Part shown: in pieces, positions 8,854 to 17,733 of the stretch
How the letters are laid out: the number at the start of each line of letters is the position of its first letter
Numbering within the stretch: the stretch's first letter is position 1
Notes under the pieces: model-generated
Databases searched by the model: none
The model's input: the letters and a program-made list of their open reading frames with translations, nothing else
What the model was told of the DNA's origin: nothing
Assembly (NCBI GenBank): GCA_028292345.1
Contig: JAQGMN010000249.1
Coordinates: 1 to 33,282, forward strand
Direction of reading: 5' to 3'
From: Polaromonas sp.
GTDB lineage: Bacteria > Pseudomonadota > Gammaproteobacteria > Burkholderiales > Burkholderiaceae_C
Length of the DNA: 33,282 nt
Position numbers and translations under genes: made by a program

Positions 8854-9816
8854 TCACCGCAGCGGCACGGCCTTGGCCGGTTGGGGCTTGCCGCGTGCGG
8901 GCAGCGTCGCCAGCACCACGCCCACCAGCGCAATCGCAAAGGCGCCGACCTGCGTGCCGTTCAGGCTTTCACCCAGAACCCACACGCCGACCGCCGCCGC
9001 GCTGACCGGCAGCATCACGGTGAACACGCCGGCCTGGTTGGCGGGAATGGTTCTCAAGCCGGTCATCCACAGCCACACCGTCCAGACGCTCGCCGCCAGC
9101 GCATAGAACACCAGCAGTCCCCAGCTGCCTGGTGCGACGGCGGCAAAGTCAAAGCCCCACGCCATCCACAGCCCGAACGGCGTGACCAGCGCAAAGCCCC
9201 ACAGGTTGATCAGCGCCGTGATGCGCTTGGGGCTGAGCACACCGGTCAGCTTCTTGCCGATCACCGCATAGGCCGCCTCGCACAGCACCGCGCCCACCAG
9301 CAGCAGATTGCCCAGCCAGGCGTTTTTTGAAGCCAAATCGGCCTCTTGCGCAGTACCCATCTGCGCAGGCAGCTCACTTTTTGAGAGCGACACCAGGGCG
9401 ATGCCGAGCACCGCGCAGGCCACGGCGGCCCAGATCCGCAAGCCGATCCGCTCGCGTAAAAAAGCCCAGCTCAGCAGCGCCACCGTGGCCGGAATCGCCG
9501 CCATGATGACGCCGGCGGCCACCGCGCTGGTCAGGCTCACGCCGAACAGCATGCAGATCGAGAACAGAAAATTGCCCAGGAAGGACTCCAGGAACACCAG
9601 CCGGCGCGTCTGCGAACTCATGGCGGTTTCACCGGCCGGCCTCTTCAACCAGTGCGCCATCGCCAGCCCGCCAATGCCGAAACGCAGCCAGGCCAGCAGA
9701 AATACCGGAAGCGCGGCGACCAGCGGCTTGGACAGGGCGACATAGCTGCCGACCAGCGACATGCTCAGCGCCAGGCAGGCATAGGCAATCCAGGGGGAGG
9801 CGGGGCGTTGCGTCAC
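8854..9816 (-). CDS. EamA/DMT family transporter
   Basis: About 10 hydrophobic segments, LAWLRF, FLRERI and VLGESL motifs. The start is uncertain (GTG at 9816 chosen; the ORF is open to 9912). Confidence 0.88.
   Translation of the reverse strand: MTQRPASPWIAYACLALSMSLVGSYVALSKPLVAALPVFLLAWLRFGIGGLAMAHWLKRPAGETAMSSQTRRLVFLESFLGNFLFSICMLFGVSLTSAVAAGVIMAAIPATVALLSWAFLRERIGLRIWAAVACAVLGIALVSLSKSELPAQMGTAQEADLASKNAWLGNLLLVGAVLCEAAYAVIGKKLTGVLSPKRITALINLWGFALVTPFGLWMAWGFDFAAVAPGSWGLLVFYALAASVWTVWLWMTGLRTIPANQAGVFTVMLPVSAAAVGVWVLGESLNGTQVGAFAIALVGVVLATLPARGKPQPAKAVPLR
9331..9388 (-). repeat. GCTAT-N7-ATAGC family repeat, copy B (in frame inside the DMT gene)
   Basis: Minus strand reads GCTCTC-AAAAA-GTGAGC TGCCTGCGCA-N9-TGCGCAAGAGGCCGATTTGGCT; same register as the other copies. 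Confidence 0.75.
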
Positions 9817-10155
9817 GTTTGAAGGCTCCAGGGCGGGGGGCAGGCAGGACGCTGGGAAAAAAGCGGCTTGCCTGCGGGGCATAAAGTGAACCCGGCGCCA
9901 GCAGCGCGGCAAGGTTATGTCCAGCCCAGTTTAGCGGAGGTATTTTTCATGCGCCCTGGTCGCGTGCGAAGCGGCTTCGGGTCATTAAAACTATGGACTG
10001 GGTCAGCCGCCATTGCCGGTTCCCGTGGCGGGCTGCTTCCCCAAGCAGGCCGCCACGCCGCCGTTCGCTCCCCCGGCCGGGTGGAAGTTCGGGCCTGAAG
10101 ACGTTCAGGCTGCCTTTGGTTGACTCAAGCCCCGGTGCACGGGGCCTCCTGAGCT

Positions 10156-11742
10156 TCAGCCAAAGACCTGTTGCATCGGCGCCGTTTCGCCCGAGCCTTC
10201 AAGCAAGTCCCCCAGGCTGCTGGATTGGGTCGACAGGCTGGGAATCCGTGAAAGGGTCTGCATCACCTCTTCCAGCTTTTGCCGGGTTGCTTTCGGCATC
10301 GGGCCGGACGCCTGGCGCAGCTTGGCGATCACCGCGTCAACCAGCAGGTGGATGACGGCCTCGAACCGCATGGCCTCGGCGGTTGACGTCCCGGCCCAGG
10401 CCGGGGCCGCGCCCCACCAGAGCACATCGATGAGCCGGGGCAGGTCTGCCGCGGCAAAGATCGACCGGGCCAGTCCGTTCACCGCCTGGATCAGCGCCTC
10501 CTTGATCGCCACCACGTCGAGCGTGTGGTCGCCCAGCGCTTGCTTGAGCAGATCGAGTTCAACGGCCAGCGCATCCTCGCTGAAAGGCTGGATGCGCGCG
10601 CCGACCATGGTGCCGCTGGGGTCGGCAAAGCCGCTCGGCGCTTCAAGCGCATTGACGAGCGGGTGATAGGCCGTTTCTCCGCTCCAGCTGAACTGGCCGC
10701 GGAAGAAGACTTCGTCATAGCCCTTGGGCACGCCCAGGAAATGCATGGCCACCCGCTTGCCGCTGCGGTCCATGAGGTAGAGCGCCAGTTCCATGGTGTT
10801 CACCGGCCAGCCCAGATCGACGGCGGCCCAGAAACCATCGGCCGGTGTCTGGTCCGCAAGCGCCATGGCGTTGACCAGAAGGTGGCCCGCCTGGCGCAGG
10901 TTCTGGATGTTGAAGTACCGGTCCGGCCCGTGCAGGCCGACCAGCCCGTTGGCAATGCCGTCGACGATGTCCTGCGTCACCACGCCGTTTTCCATGACAT
11001 GGGTGAAGCGCGTGCAGCGAAAACGCGTCGAGCCGCTGCGGCGCGCGGCCGCGGCCCATTGCGCCTCGGCCAGTTTCTTGCTGCCGGTGTAGACGTGGTC
11101 GGAAACATAGGCAAAGCATTTGCCGGTGGACGAATAAACCGCATCCTCCACCCCATGGCGCAGACAGGCGCTGATCACATTGCGCGTGCCGAACACATTG
11201 ATTTCAATGGCCTCGCGCACCACCGCCTCGGCCCGCCCGGGTTCGCGGATGCTCGCCAGGTGGAACACGACGTGCGGCCTGGCCTGGGCGAACACGGCAT
11301 CGAGTGCTTCGGCATCGCGGACATCGACCTGGTAGTTCACCACCCGGCCATGGGGCAAGGCTCCACCGGCGCTGACCAGGCCGGTTGTGCCGGTTTCCAC
11401 GGCAATGTCCGCAATGGAGACTTCCATCGCCCCCAGTTCGAACAGCAGCGGAATCAGGTGCGAGCCGACGCAGCCGGCGCCGCCGGTGACCAGCACGCGC
11501 CGCCCGCCGAGCCGCTCTTCGGCGGCCTCGCGGTGCAGGTCCACCGTGCGTTCCATCGCCAGTGTCATGGGGCTCTGTTCGAGCTTTCCCTCGGCCCTGG
11601 CAATCGATATCAGGGCCTGGGTCAGCGCCTGAAGCTGTTCGGCAAGGACCGGGGTGATGGCTGTGCCGCGAGGCGCGAGGGCGGCAATCTGGCGAACCAG
11701 CTCGTCGCTGGTGAGATCGGGGCAGGTTTCATCCATGGACAT
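10156..11742 (-). CDS. Divergent extended SDR, CapD/polysaccharide-biosynthesis (NDP-sugar epimerase/dehydratase)-like, with unknown C-terminal helical domain
   Basis: VLVTGGAGCVG Rossmann motif, DVRD, VFHLAS, NVFGTRNV, SSTGK, YTGSK (YxxxK), RFTHV, DLGWPV; GAAAGGA RBS before ATG 11742. Confidence 0.82.
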   Translation of the reverse strand: MSMDETCPDLTSDELVRQIAALAPRGTAITPVLAEQLQALTQALISIARAEGKLEQSPMTLAMERTVDLHREAAEERLGGRRVLVTGGAGCVGSHLIPLLFELGAMEVSIADIAVETGTTGLVSAGGALPHGRVVNYQVDVRDAEALDAVFAQARPHVVFHLASIREPGRAEAVVREAIEINVFGTRNVISACLRHGVEDAVYSSTGKCFAYVSDHVYTGSKKLAEAQWAAAARRSGSTRFRCTRFTHVMENGVVTQDIVDGIANGLVGLHGPDRYFNIQNLRQAGHLLVNAMALADQTPADGFWAAVDLGWPVNTMELALYLMDRSGKRVAMHFLGVPKGYDEVFFRGQFSWSGETAYHPLVNALEAPSGFADPSGTMVGARIQPFSEDALAVELDLLKQALGDHTLDVVAIKEALIQAVNGLARSIFAAADLPRLIDVLWWGAAPAWAGTSTAEAMRFEAVIHLLVDAVIAKLRQASGPMPKATRQKLEEVMQTLSRIPSLSTQSSSLGDLLEGSGETAPMQQVFG

Positions 11743-11853
11743 GAAGAACCATCCTTTCAAAAAATTCGATGCGGCTGCGGGACACTGCCCGCGGCGCCTG
11801 GTGTGAACGGTTGTTCAGCAACCTGTGCGGTGGGCAGGGACACGGCCCCCGTC

Positions 11854-13011
11854 TCACACAAGCTGCACTTCCCCTGGCCAGGTCGCCATGCCTTTTTCAA
11901 GGTTGTACAGCCGCAGCGGGTCGTACCCTGCCGCGACCAGGGATTTGATGACGCTGCTGCTGCGCATGCCGCTCTGGCAGACCAGCACGATGTCGCGGTC
12001 CTTGGGCAGCGGCACTGCGCCCGGTTCATGAAGCGCGCGTTCGAGTTCCGGCTTGGGCCATCCGATCGCGCCCGGAATCCGGCCCGGCAGCCATTCGGCC
12101 GGATTGCGCACATCGACGATGACCAGGTCATCGTTCGCCTGCAGCCTGGCCTGAAGCCCGTCGGACGAGATGGACCGGCCGGCCGGCGCGGCGCACACCA
12201 TCACGGTTTCCCGGAGCGCGATGTCTTGCGGCGCATGGCTGCAGACCGGGCAGTCGGGATCCTTGGAGATGTGGACCGTGTTGAAGCTGAGGTCCAGCCC
12301 GTCATAGATCAGCATGCGGCCGATCATGGGCGAGCCGATGCCGCTCAGCAGCTTGATGGCCTCGGTCGCCTGCAGTGACCCGATCACGCCGGGCAGCACG
12401 CCCAGCACGCCTGCTTCGGCGCAATTGGGCGCGAACTCCTGCGGCGGCGGCTCGGGAAACAGGCAGCGGTAGCACGGACCGGTGCGCGCATCGAAGACGC
12501 TGAGCTGGCCGTCGAAACGCAGCACGCCGCCGTACACGTCGGGCTTGCCGAGCTTCACGCAGGCATCGTTGACCAGGTAGCGGGTCGGGAAATTGTCCGA
12601 GCCGTCGATGATCACGTCGTAGCCGGCAACCAGCGCCAGTGCGTTGTCGATGCCGAACCGCACGTCGTGGCGTTCGATCTTGATGTCGGGATTGAGGTCC
12701 CGCATGCGGGCTTCGGCGCTTTCGTTTTTCAGGCGGCCGAGCACGGCCTGGCCATGCACGATCTGGCGCTGGAGGTTGGTCTCTTCGACCACATCGGCGT
12801 CGACCAGCCCGATCCGCCCGACGCCTGCAGCCGCCAGGTACAGCGAAGCCGGGCTGCCCAGGCCGCCCAGGCCGACCAGCAGCACGCTGCCCGCCTTGAG
12901 GCGCCGCTGCGCATCGATGCCGAACTCGGGCAGGATGATCTGGCGGTTGAAACGCCGAATCTCGCTGCTGGTGAGTTCCGGCAGCGTGTCAGGATGAAGG
13001 TGCGCGCTCAT
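11854..13011 (-). CDS. moeB: MoeB/ThiF E1-like adenylyltransferase with C-terminal rhodanese domain (MoeZ/MOCS3 type)
   Basis: RFNRQ, GLGGLG, NLQRQ, DGSDNFPTRY, CYRC...CPVC Zn sites, PNCAEAGV, rhodanese DVR and CQSGMRS. Confidence 0.93.
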   Translation of the reverse strand: MSAHLHPDTLPELTSSEIRRFNRQIILPEFGIDAQRRLKAGSVLLVGLGGLGSPASLYLAAAGVGRIGLVDADVVEETNLQRQIVHGQAVLGRLKNESAEARMRDLNPDIKIERHDVRFGIDNALALVAGYDVIIDGSDNFPTRYLVNDACVKLGKPDVYGGVLRFDGQLSVFDARTGPCYRCLFPEPPPQEFAPNCAEAGVLGVLPGVIGSLQATEAIKLLSGIGSPMIGRMLIYDGLDLSFNTVHISKDPDCPVCSHAPQDIALRETVMVCAAPAGRSISSDGLQARLQANDDLVIVDVRNPAEWLPGRIPGAIGWPKPELERALHEPGAVPLPKDRDIVLVCQSGMRSSSVIKSLVAAGYDPLRLYNLEKGMATWPGEVQLV

Positions 13012-13277
13012 CCTCCGGCGACGCTCGCAATGATCTGGACTTCATCGGCATCGCTGACCGATGTCTTCAGCCCGTCGAGAAGCCGGATGTCCTGGCCGTT
13101 CTTGCAGACCACGATGAACTTGCGCAGGGCTTCACCGCTGAAAAGATGGTTGCGAAGCTCGCAAGAGTCCTCCGAGAAACGCCTGAGCGCTTCCTCGATG
13201 GAAGTAACCGAAAGGGTGATGCGGCTTTGCTGGTTGGTGTACCGGCGCAGCGAACTGGGGACCATTAAAACTGCCAT
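13008..13277 (-). CDS. MoaD/ThiS/CysO-like ubiquitin-fold sulfur carrier protein
   Basis: 89 aa, NGQDIRLLDGLKT motif, C-terminal IIASVAGG di-glycine; ATGA overlap with the E1 gene. Confidence 0.92.
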   Translation of the reverse strand: MAVLMVPSSLRRYTNQQSRITLSVTSIEEALRRFSEDSCELRNHLFSGEALRKFIVVCKNGQDIRLLDGLKTSVSDADEVQIIASVAGG

Positions 13278-13586
13278 GTAAAGCGTCCTGATAGGGTGGG
13301 GTTCAGTTTCAAGGGCAACCTTTTAATACTAAATTTGGTGAAATAAATATTAATGCCATAGTTTTAGCGCCACAACCCCCCAAACGGACCAATCTGAAAG
13401 GCGCCTGGCCGATGGAAAAACCCCAAAAACCAAGTTACCAAACGCATTGAAGCCATACGAAATATTTCAATTGTTGAGTTTGCAAGCCATGGTTAACGTT
13501 GAAACATCGGCCAGTCCACCAGCTGGCTATTTCGGCTGCGGCGGGCCTGGAGCCGGATGGGAAAAAGGCGATCCACAATCTTTGAT

Positions 13587-13644
13587 GCTATCATAAAAAT
13601 AGCTAGCTGGGCTTATGTATCATGCGGATCAGCCTGATTTGGCT
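13587..13644 (+). repeat. GCTAT-N7-ATAGC family repeat, copy C
   Basis: GCTATC-ATAAA-AATAGC followed in register by TGCGGATCAGCCTGATTTGGCT. Confidence 0.75.
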
Positions 13645-13924
13645 TAAAGTGCGCTTTGCAGCGAGGAATTTCTTCCTGGAACAAGCGCCCCGGCGGCGCG
13701 GCCGTGAAATGCCCCCGTTCCAATGGATTTGGCCAAGCCGTTTCCAGCGGCAGCTGCACGCGCCGGCCGCGTACGGCCAGGGTAGGGCATGGCGCTGATG
13801 ACGAACTGGCCGGCATCAGTTTTTGCGCGCTGCTCGACAGGCGCCGCAGGCCAGTTGCCCCCTGAAGCCCGGCCTCATGATGAGCTGGTTACACTGGCTG
13901 GACCCCTTAAAACCGATGCACTTC

Positions 13925-14743
13925 ATGCGGAAAACCCCGTCAATACCGTCGCAGCCCCTTCACCCGCCGCTGGTATGGCTGCCGGCCGACCACCGGCTTC
14001 TGGGCGACGAGGGGCACCAGTCGCCGTTCCTGGTGCTGGGCGAGAAATACGCCCGCGCCGTCCGGCAGTGCGCCGGGGCCCAGCCGGTGCTGTTTCCGCT
14101 GGCCGAGGTGGCCCAGATACCGGCGCTTTTGGGGCTGGTCGATGGCGTCATGCTGACCGGCTCGCCGTCCAACGTCCATCCTTCCCATTTTGGCCAGGAC
14201 GTGCTCGATGCCCGCCTGCCGCTGGACCCGCAGCGCGATGCGATCACGCTGGCCCTGGTGCGGGCCTGCCTGGCGGACGGCGTGCCGCTGCTGGGCATCT
14301 GCCGGGGGTTCCAGGAAATCAACGTGGCCCTGGGCGGCTCGCTGGAGCAAAGCGTGCATGAGCGGGCGGGGCACTTCGATCACCGCGATCCCGAAGGCGT
14401 CAGCCTGGACGAGGCCTACGGGCCGGCGCATGAAGTCCGTTTCGTGCCGGGCAGCGCTTTTGCCGGCTGGGCCGGCGGCGACGCGGCCCAGGTCAATTCG
14501 CTGCATGGCCAGGGGATTGGCCGGCTGGCCGGCGGACTGCGCGCGCTGGGCCATTCGTCCGACGGGCTGGTCGAAGCCTTCGAGATCGAGGGCGCTGCCG
14601 CGTTTGCCTATGCGGTGCAATGGCATCCCGAATGGAACTGCCAGCAAAACCCTTTTTACCGTGCCATCTTTGCGGCCTTCGGCCAGGCCTGCGGGCGCCG
14701 CCATGGCAGCCGGACCCACCAAGGGGCACCGCCCGCCTGCTGA
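13925..14743 (+). CDS. puuD: Gamma-glutamyl-gamma-aminobutyrate hydrolase (peptidase C26)
   Basis: LTGSPSNVHP, LGICRGFQEINVALGG, VNSLHGQG, VQWHPE. The start could also be 13916. Confidence 0.9.
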   Translation: MRKTPSIPSQPLHPPLVWLPADHRLLGDEGHQSPFLVLGEKYARAVRQCAGAQPVLFPLAEVAQIPALLGLVDGVMLTGSPSNVHPSHFGQDVLDARLPLDPQRDAITLALVRACLADGVPLLGICRGFQEINVALGGSLEQSVHERAGHFDHRDPEGVSLDEAYGPAHEVRFVPGSAFAGWAGGDAAQVNSLHGQGIGRLAGGLRALGHSSDGLVEAFEIEGAAAFAYAVQWHPEWNCQQNPFYRAIFAAFGQACGRRHGSRTHQGAPPAC

Positions 14744-14792
14744 ATTCACGTCAATCCAACCCACCCCAATGCGTCGACAACAGGAGCGCTTC

Positions 14793-16160
14793 ATGAGCAT
14801 GAGCAAGGCAACGACCTTCACAGAACTGGAAAACTGGCTGAACGAACGCAGAATCACCGAGGTGGAGTGCCTGGTCCCCGACCTGACCGGCGTGGCCCGG
14901 GGCAAGATCCTGCCGCGCGGCAAGTTCACCGAGGACCGGGGCATGCGGCTGCCCGAAGCGGTGGTGGCCATGGGCGTGACCGGCGAGTTCCCCGAGAGCG
15001 GCCCGTATTACGACGTGATCAGTCCGACCGACAAGGACATGCACCTGCGGCCCGACCCCTCGACCGCGCGGATTGTCCCGTGGGCCTCGAACCAGACCGC
15101 CCAGGTCATCCACGACTGCTTCGACCCGGCCGGCAAGCTGGTGCCGTTCGCCCCCAGAAGCGTGCTGCGGCGGGTTTGCGAGCTGTATGAAGCCGAGGGC
15201 CTGGTGCCGGTGGTCGCGCCCGAGCTGGAGTTCTACCTGGTGGCCCGCAACACCGACCCCAACACGCTGCTGCGCCCGCCGATCGGCCGCAGCGGCCGGG
15301 CCGAAACCTCGCGCCAGGCCTACAGCATCGACGCGGTGAACGAGTTCGACCCGCTGTTCGAGGACATCTACGACTACTGCGAGAAGATGGAACTCAACGT
15401 CGACACCCTCATCCATGAAGTCGGCGCGGGGCAGATGGAGATCAATTTTTTCCATGCCCATCCGCTGGGCCTGGCCGACGAGGTGTTCTTGTTCAAGCGC
15501 ACGGTGCGCGAGGCGGCGTTGCGCCACAACATGTATGCCACCTTCATGGCCAAGCCGATCGCGGCCGAGCCCGGCAGCGCCATGCATGTGCACCAGAGCA
15601 TCCTGAACAAGGAAACCGGCCTGAACATCTTCAGCAACAAGGATGGCAGCGAGTCGGAAGCCTTCTTTCATTACATCGGCGGGCTGCAGCGCTACATTCC
15701 GGCCGCCATGGCGCTGGTGGCACCGTACGTCAACAGCTACCGGCGGCTGTCGCGCGACACGGCCGCGCCGATCAACATCGCCTGGGGACACGACAACCGC
15801 ACGGTGGGCATCCGCTCGCCGATTGCCACGCCGCAGGCCCGCCGGGTGGAAAACCGGGTGATCGGCGCCGACGCCAATCCCTACATTGCCCTGGCGATGA
15901 CGCTGGCCTGCGGCTACCTGGGCATCAAGAACAAGATCAAGCCCAAGCCCGAGATGAAGGGCGATGCCTACCTGTCGCCGTATTCGCTGCCGCGCAGCCT
16001 GGGCGAGGCGCTGGACTGGCTGCGCCGCGAATCGGACCTGCATGAAGTGCTGGGCCGCGAGTTCGTCACGGTCTATTCCGAAATCAAGGAAATGGAGTTT
16101 GCCGAGTTCATGAAGGTGATCTCTCCCTGGGAACGCGAGCACCTGCTGCTGCTGGTATGA
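14793..16160 (+). CDS. puuA: Glutamine synthetase-like gamma-glutamylputrescine synthetase
   Basis: DLTGVARGK, PELEFY, HEVGAGQMEINF, FMAKP, GSAMHVHQS, DNRT, RVENR, ISPWEREHLL; AGGAG RBS; context with puuD and pot genes. Confidence 0.88.
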   Translation: MSMSKATTFTELENWLNERRITEVECLVPDLTGVARGKILPRGKFTEDRGMRLPEAVVAMGVTGEFPESGPYYDVISPTDKDMHLRPDPSTARIVPWASNQTAQVIHDCFDPAGKLVPFAPRSVLRRVCELYEAEGLVPVVAPELEFYLVARNTDPNTLLRPPIGRSGRAETSRQAYSIDAVNEFDPLFEDIYDYCEKMELNVDTLIHEVGAGQMEINFFHAHPLGLADEVFLFKRTVREAALRHNMYATFMAKPIAAEPGSAMHVHQSILNKETGLNIFSNKDGSESEAFFHYIGGLQRYIPAAMALVAPYVNSYRRLSRDTAAPINIAWGHDNRTVGIRSPIATPQARRVENRVIGADANPYIALAMTLACGYLGIKNKIKPKPEMKGDAYLSPYSLPRSLGEALDWLRRESDLHEVLGREFVTVYSEIKEMEFAEFMKVISPWEREHLLLLV

Positions 16161-16206
16161 ACGCTGCCCGACCCGATCCACAGTAACCGACCGAGAGCCG
16201 ACCGCC

Positions 16207-17604
16207 ATGAACACCCCCGTTGACACCGCCCATATCCAGGCTCAGGACCGCGCGCATTTCCTGCATCCGTTCACCGACTTCAAGGACCTGGCCGGTCGCG
16301 GCGCGCGGGTGATCACCCGGGCCGAGAACATTTACGTCTGGGATTCCGAAGGGCACAAGATCCTCGACGCCATGAGCGGCCTGTGGTGCGTCAACGTCGG
16401 CTACGGGCGCGAGGAACTGGCCAGCGCCGCTTACCGGCAGATGATGGCGCTGCCCTACTACAACAGCTTTTTCCAGACCACCAACGTGCCGGCGGTGCAG
16501 CTGGCGGCCCGGCTGGCGGCGCTGGCGCCCGAGGTGGGCGGGCGCAGTTTCCAGCATGTGTTCTATTCCAGTAGCGGCTCCGAAAGCAACGACTCGAACG
16601 TGCGCATGGTGCGCCGCTACTGGGATTTGCTGGGCCAGCCGGAGCGAAAAGTCATCATCGGCCGGATCAACGGTTACCACGGCAGCACCATGGCCGGCGC
16701 GTCGCTGGGCGGCATGTCCGGCATGCATGCGCAGGGCGATTTGCCGATTCCCAACATCACCCACATCGGGCAGCCGTATTTCTACGAGTTGGGCCGTCCG
16801 GGCGAAACTTCTGACGAATTCGGGCTGCGCGCCGCCGGCTGGCTGGAAGAAAAAATCCTGGAACTTGGCGCGGACAAAGTGGCGGCCTTCATCGCCGAGC
16901 CGGTGCAGGGCGCCGGCGGCGTGATCATTCCGCCCGACAGCTACTGGCCCGAGATCCAGCGCATCGTCGACAAGTACGGCATCTTGCTGATCAGCGACGA
17001 GGTGATCTGCGCCTTCGGCCGGGTGGGCCACTGGTTCGCCTACGAAAAATTCGGCTACCGGCCCGACCTGGTGACCTTCGCCAAGGGCGTGACCAGCGGC
17101 TACATCCCGCTGGGCGGCGTGATGGTCGGCGACCGGGTGGCCCGGGTGCTGATCGAGCAGGGCGGCGAATTCAACCACGGCTACACCTACAGCGGCCATC
17201 CGGTCGCCTGTGCCGTGGCCCTGGCCAACCTGGACCTGATGGAAAAGGAAAACCTGCCCGGGCGCGTGAAGAACGACATCGGCCCGTACCTGGCCAGGCG
17301 CTTTGCCGAGCTGGGCGAACACCCGCTGGTGGGGCTGGCCGAGACCTGCGGCTTCATGGCCGGGCTGGTGCTGACCCGGAACAAGGCGACGCATGAAGCC
17401 TTCAAGCCCGAGCTGGGCGTGGGCATGCTGTGCCGCAGCCACTGCTTCCGGCTGGGGCTGATCATGCGCGCCGTGGGCGACCGCATGATCATTGCGCCGC
17501 CGCTGGTCATGACGCATGCGCAGATCGACGAGATGGTGTCGTTGATCCGCCGTTGCCTGGACGCCACCCTGGCCGATTTGCGGGCGGCCGGTCAGCTGGA
17601 TTGA
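16207..17604 (+). CDS. spuC: Class III PLP aminotransferase (putrescine:pyruvate transaminase, SpuC-like)
   Basis: HPFT, DAMSGLWCVNVGY, SGSESND, YHGST, AEPVQGAGG, DEVICAFGR, TFAKGVTSGY, HGYTYSGHP. Confidence 0.85.
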   Translation: MNTPVDTAHIQAQDRAHFLHPFTDFKDLAGRGARVITRAENIYVWDSEGHKILDAMSGLWCVNVGYGREELASAAYRQMMALPYYNSFFQTTNVPAVQLAARLAALAPEVGGRSFQHVFYSSSGSESNDSNVRMVRRYWDLLGQPERKVIIGRINGYHGSTMAGASLGGMSGMHAQGDLPIPNITHIGQPYFYELGRPGETSDEFGLRAAGWLEEKILELGADKVAAFIAEPVQGAGGVIIPPDSYWPEIQRIVDKYGILLISDEVICAFGRVGHWFAYEKFGYRPDLVTFAKGVTSGYIPLGGVMVGDRVARVLIEQGGEFNHGYTYSGHPVACAVALANLDLMEKENLPGRVKNDIGPYLARRFAELGEHPLVGLAETCGFMAGLVLTRNKATHEAFKPELGVGMLCRSHCFRLGLIMRAVGDRMIIAPPLVMTHAQIDEMVSLIRRCLDATLADLRAAGQLD

Positions 17605-17733
17605 ATAGAATATTTGTTGCAATTTCCCGGCAGCTGCCTGGTCCGGATATTGCATCGTCAACGGGGCGTGTCCTGGCGGTTTCGAGCCGCTGCGCCTCGT
17701 TTGTTTTTACCTTTCTCCGGAGTCAGTTCCACC

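Noticed and set aside
11757-12131. Cys-rich 124-aa ORF overlapping the moeB 3' end
   Set aside because: Alternative frame of the rhodanese domain with no SD or family motif; the Cys content follows from out-of-frame GC-rich codons.
10525-12378. 617-aa plus-strand ORF across the SDR and moeB genes
   Set aside because: Antisense shadow; the recognisable motifs are all on the minus strand.
11854-13277. Reading the pair as a standard Moco/thiamine operon or a Bil/Bub-type ubiquitin-like defence system
   Set aside because: No moaE, thiG or cysM next to it, and no E2 or JAB/DUB gene. The E1 has a rhodanese domain typical of sulfur relay. Use in trans cannot be excluded.
14793-16160. Calling this gene glnA
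   Set aside because: Context (puuD, class III aminotransferase, potFGHI) and the C-terminal ISPWERE motif favour a gamma-glutamylpolyamine synthetase.
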